Positions 59,231 to 64,000 of a DNA stretch of 64,000 bases are shown here, in pieces. Both the position numbers and the translations under genes were made by a program. Positions within the stretch are counted from its first letter, which is position 1. Each line of letters opens with the position of its first letter. Origin of the DNA: Octopus bimaculoides (Eukaryota); the NCBI RefSeq assembly GCF_001194135.2, contig NC_068994.1, positions 53,606,546 through 53,670,545 on the forward strand. Direction: 5' to 3'. The notes below the pieces were generated by a model, which saw only the letters and a list, made by a program, of their open reading frames with translations, did no database searches and was not told the origin of the DNA.

Positions 59231-59625
59231 AATTGTGATAACAAGCTGGAAGTGGATTTGGAGTGGCCTTTCCATATTTTTCTTTATTTCTGTGTCTTTA
59301 TACCTTACAATTCAATGTGCACATGGATGGACAGAATCATCTTTTGCCTGCTTTGTCTCTCTTAAATAATCTACTAGACATTGGTGAGAGTGTTACGTCT
59401 CTGTAATTAGACCTGTGCTTCTGAAACATATTACTTCAGTGTCACTGAATCTTGCATACTTTTCTATCCTTAAACTCAAAGTTGAACAGAAGTGGACAAC
59501 TTGACCTGTAATATAATTCTATCTTGTAAAATTCTTACAAAACCAATTGAAACAATTTTAACATATTTCAATAGTATTGTTGCAAATAAAGTTATTTTTC
59601 TTCACTAATAAACTACCATATTCAT
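59231..59625 (+). other. Putative terminal 3'UTR exon of copy 3 with AATAAA at 59585 and 59607
   Basis: Homologous to 16840-17200; acceptor ctaatttatcag. Confidence 0.6.
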
Positions 59626-62600
59626 CTGGAACTTACTATTATTTCTGTTTTGTCAATGTTTTTCAGATTTCTTTCTCCTTGTCTTCCTTCTTTTTCAATT
59701 TTTATTTCAAATTCTCCTTCTGTGCTTCATTCTTTTAGTGGATGTGAGTGGGATTGGTATAAGACTGTGTTGCACTTACACCTTTTTTACTTCCTTCTCA
59801 TACATAGACACATATACTCTCACTCTCTCTCTCTATTTATCTATCTATCTATCTATCTATCACACACACACACACAATAAAATCATAGCCATCATTTACA
59901 AGCAGTATGACTTAGGAGCATGTATCATACCTTCATTAATTGTTTTAAGTGCCTATGCAATTATGAGCAACCATAAAAATCTCTCAGCTTTCCCACCCTT
60001 GATCTCACTGAACATCCAGGATGTGACAGCATGAAGGAGAGAGGGCTGCACCCTAATCTGCTGGTACTCATTTTCAGCAAAGTAAACTGGAGATACTTGA
60101 AATGAAGCACTTTGCTCAAGAACACAATACACAACCAGTTGCAGGTATTGAACTCTCAAATTTGTGATCATGAACCCAGTACCCAAACCAGGTTAGAATA
60201 CTGGGCTAAGCAAATAATTTTTCATACTGATGTTTGTGTGTGTATATGTGTGTGTGAAGGTATGTGGTCTAATTATTAGGATGTTTGGCTCACAATCATA
60301 GTGTTTTCATTAATAAACTGTGGCATTCAATTGGGACTTACTACTCAGTTGTCTCTACAAAAGCAAACGAGTTTTTCTGTTTGTCAGTAACTGAGCTTAA
60401 ACCATCTCATCTGAAATAAGTATGCAAATCTCTAAATTTCACTTGTATTCTCTGATCAAGAATGCAGTATTGAATCATATAAGGTGTCCCTTTAACATGT
60501 TTTAGTCGTTGTTTTGAATCATCTATGGAAACTGTCACAAAGTTTGTCTCAGTCAGACCTTTAACAAACTCAGATTAGAGTGACTTTTTAGTTATAGCAT
60601 GGCAACATAGCACATTGTGAAAATAACCATTATATCCAACACAACTTGAGTGGCCCTCATTTGGCACTTTACAGCATTGTACTGTACATCATGGTTTTCA
60701 AAGAAAAGTAATAATCTGAAGACAAAGCATGTGGTCCTATTTCTGAATCCAAAATTGGAACTTACAAAGAAGTTAGAGACTAGTGTTTCACTGGCAAGTG
60801 TTTCTGAAGATTATGATCTTAAAAGGTAAATAGTTTCGGGTATACACAATGCTAGAGATAAATTCATTGCATTTTCCTTGGAATATGTTTGCAAATTCAA
60901 ATTTTTAAAAAATATAATTGCAAAACTTGGTGCAAATTTTAAATTGTTGTCTGTTGTTATGAGGGCTGCAAAATATACTAATTGGGAAAGCACTGATGTT
61001 GTAGTTTATCCTTCAAAGATTCTACAGTAACAGCATCTATGGTATAGAAATTTAAAGTGCAGCTTCCAAAGTAGCTAGACATATGGTGGTTTTGGTAAAA
61101 TAGAAATTGCTGTAGAATAGGTATTTGAATACCCATGATGAAGTAGATAATACACTAAGTGAAACAAGCACTCAAGAAGAGGTTAAATATAATGGCTCTT
61201 AATTTCCTAAATTATGTGTAAAATGAGACTAAACATGGGTTGCATTAATGGCAACTATCTTGGAATACTCAAACTTTTAAGAATGAAGCTACTACACCTG
61301 ATTCCAGTGTTTTGTAGCACAGAAGCAGACATACATACACTTTTAAAAGTTAGTGCAGATATCAGTATGACTTTGAGTTTTGAAAGAGATAATGCACCAG
61401 TTACCAGTATATTACTGTATTTCCAAAAAATCATGGGAAATCCTTGTTCAGCATGCATATCTTTAATTACTGGGGTTTTTTTTTAATTCATTCTTTGGTG
61501 CATAAAAACCTGGAAAATTTCTTCAAACATTCTGCTGGTTAAGTGGAGGTCAAACGATGCTGATATCAGAACCTAGTAAGATGATATGGAGAGTAACTTC
61601 AGACACCAAGTATTATCAGAAGAGATACTGAGTGAAGTTCTTAACAGCAGAAATGGTGATCTATTGCTCAAGAAGCCCAAACTCGCTGATATATATATGA
61701 GAATCCTTCAGTCACCCGAGATTTGTATGAGTGTGAGGCAAGGTACTAGTGTAGCATCATAGCTCTAATACAAAATGACAAGTTATACTCCCTACCATCA
61801 CCTCTATCACAAAATACTCATCTGTCGTTTACAATGGGTAACAATACTCTTTGATTTTCATACATTTAATGTTAAATAATTTTATAAAATATATATTTTT
61901 AATTTTATATATCTGTACGGTATTTACAGTATTTCCTGTAATTTTGTTGCTGTTTCTCATGTTAAAACCACACTGTATATTTCCAATATTGTATATGTAC
62001 ACAATATTAACCCATCTTTGGTTAACTCGTACAGTTGCCTTAACTTCACATTCTTCTTTTCACCTTATAACGGGCAGTTCAGTTCATGTAGTGAAGCTGC
62101 AATGAGACTGTTGCTTTGTTGACATATAGTGACCTCCCTTAGAAACCACAGGACAACCTGAATGACATGTATAAGCTGACAAACAAACAGATACAGAGAG
62201 AAAATGAAAGATTAAAATAGAAGAAAAATGTAATGTGTGAAAGAGATGTGTGTGCATTTACATACGTCTATGTCTACGTAACATAACACGTGCATACTTT
62301 CTTAGCGTTTTATTAGGGATTTTCTGAGTAGCTTTTGTCATTAACTGCCAGTAATGTACAAGGTCTAACGACTAAGTTTCCAGCTCTTTACGGGTGGGAA
62401 AAAAAAGATTTGTGATTGTCATCTTTATCCACTTACTTAATCTCCATAGGAGTTTATATATTCTCTTGGTGGATTTTTCTGTACCCCATAATGTCAGCAA
62501 GTAGGTCGAGATTATATTTTTGTTTTGTTGCTTATTTATCTTTAATAAGTAGTTCTCTCAGAAGAGAAAGCCAAATCACTAACGGTTTACGCTGGTAATT

Positions 62601-64000
62601 TAGTTCATTTTACAACGTGGATCTTTTCAGAAAAGATCCTAGAAGATATTTTTTGATTGAACCAATGAAGGAGCTTCTATGGCATCACCAGAAATATCAT
62701 CTCAATTTCCAACATATCACCCTCTGAGTCTTAAAAAAAGATGGAGGAAGTACACATTCCGTTATCCTTTTTTCTTTTAATCGAAGCACATTCGTTAACG
62801 CGTAATCTTGCTGAATGCGTTCGTAATTAGAACGTCCTTGACCTCCGGTACTAATCGAAAGTAATCTAACACATTAATCAAAACTGACCCAAAGGAAATA
62901 ACACGTTATAATAATAATAATCCTTTCTACTATAGGCATAAGGCCTGCAATTTTTGGAGAGGGGGCTAGTCATTACATTGATCAGTACTCAACTGGTACT
63001 TATTTTATTAACTTGGAAAGAATGAACGGCAAAGTCGACCTCGGCAGAATTTGAACTCTGAACGAAGAACGGAAGAAACGTCACTAGGCATTTTACCTGG
63101 CACGATAACAATTCTGCTTGCTCACAGTCCATCAGGTCATAACAGAGGGGTGCAAAGCGAAAGTTTTAGTAAGTAAGAAAGCAAATTTGTATCCATATAG
63201 AAAATGGCCTTGTTCAATATGAAGAAAAAAGTAAGCAGAAATTCTTTACGCTGTAGTTAATATAATCTGTGGACACAAGAGGTGCAGTGGTATCACAGAG
63301 AGATTAACAAAGAAAATATACTTTGTATGTGGCAAATGCACAGGAGCAATAGAATTTAAGAGTACAAAGGAAATAGATTTTCTCAAATGCCCAGAAAGAT
63401 TCCTAGACTAGAAGCAGTAACACAAAAAAGTACCCATTACACTTTGTAAACTGGTTGGCATTAGTAAGGGTATCAGCTATAAAAATGATTCCAAAGCAGA
63501 ACACAATCCTCCAAACCATCAGATCTTGTCAAATTTCCAACCAGTGCCAATATGGAAGATGCACATTAAAAGATGTTGATGATGATCTTCAAATCACACC
63601 CTGCTGTCTTTTTTAAAAAAGACTCATTGGATAATGTAGCCTAAGTACACTGTTTGATAAAAGATAGAATGATCAGACTGGAGTGATTCTGATTGTAGGT
63701 CTGTTCAATCAGAAGCTAAACAGTGATAAACTTATTCTCACTAGTTCTATACTTATCAGATAATTATTTTCTTCCTTTGTAGGGTTTTTTGAAGTGTTTT
63801 CGGTGTCTATATTTCTTGATCCTTCATACACAACTTCTGTGCTAGATGGGATATATAGAAGAGTGTGTATTTCTATGCCCCTTTTCTAAATTCTCCTGGT
63901 AGTGCTAAGCACATTTGTTGGCATCCTTTTGTCTCGAGAGACAATGGTAGTTGTGCATAAAATAATCCAGTCCAGTTTTTACATTTCCTGTCATTTACAT

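Noticed and set aside
60400-61500. Possible transposase or zinc-finger remnant on the minus strand (e.g. CVGYNGYFHNVLCCH)
   Set aside because: Frames are broken and I could not assign a family by eye; needs tBLASTx or an HMM search.
59650-64000. A fourth FANK1 copy or a next gene
   Set aside because: No FN3/ankyrin exon or other convincing coding exon found; only SINE and other repeat remnants.

Overview
Eukaryotic, AT-rich, intron-rich genomic DNA. The SINE, RTE and microsatellite content looks like Octopus/coleoid cephalopod, which is an inference. The window holds three head-to-tail + strand paralogues of FANK1 (one fibronectin type III domain followed by ankyrin repeats): copy 1 at ~3.1-17.2 kb, copy 2 at ~18.4-37.9 kb and copy 3 at ~44.0-59.6 kb. 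Each copy has nine homologous coding exons (184/128/82/75/66/215/170-173/45/57 nt) with canonical GT-AG sites, matching phases and open frames. The copies differ at the start codon, the C-terminal tail and the 5' regulatory DNA. Introns and spacers carry decayed LINEs (RTE, R4/Dong-like, Tx1-like, CR1/Jockey-like, CRE-like), Tc1/mariner and Helitron fragments, tRNA-derived SINEs, several MITE/foldback elements, an LTR with a tRNA-Trp primer-binding site, microsatellites and four N gaps. There is no rRNA, bona fide tRNA or CRISPR array. Exon boundaries were read by hand, and repeat boundaries are approximate.
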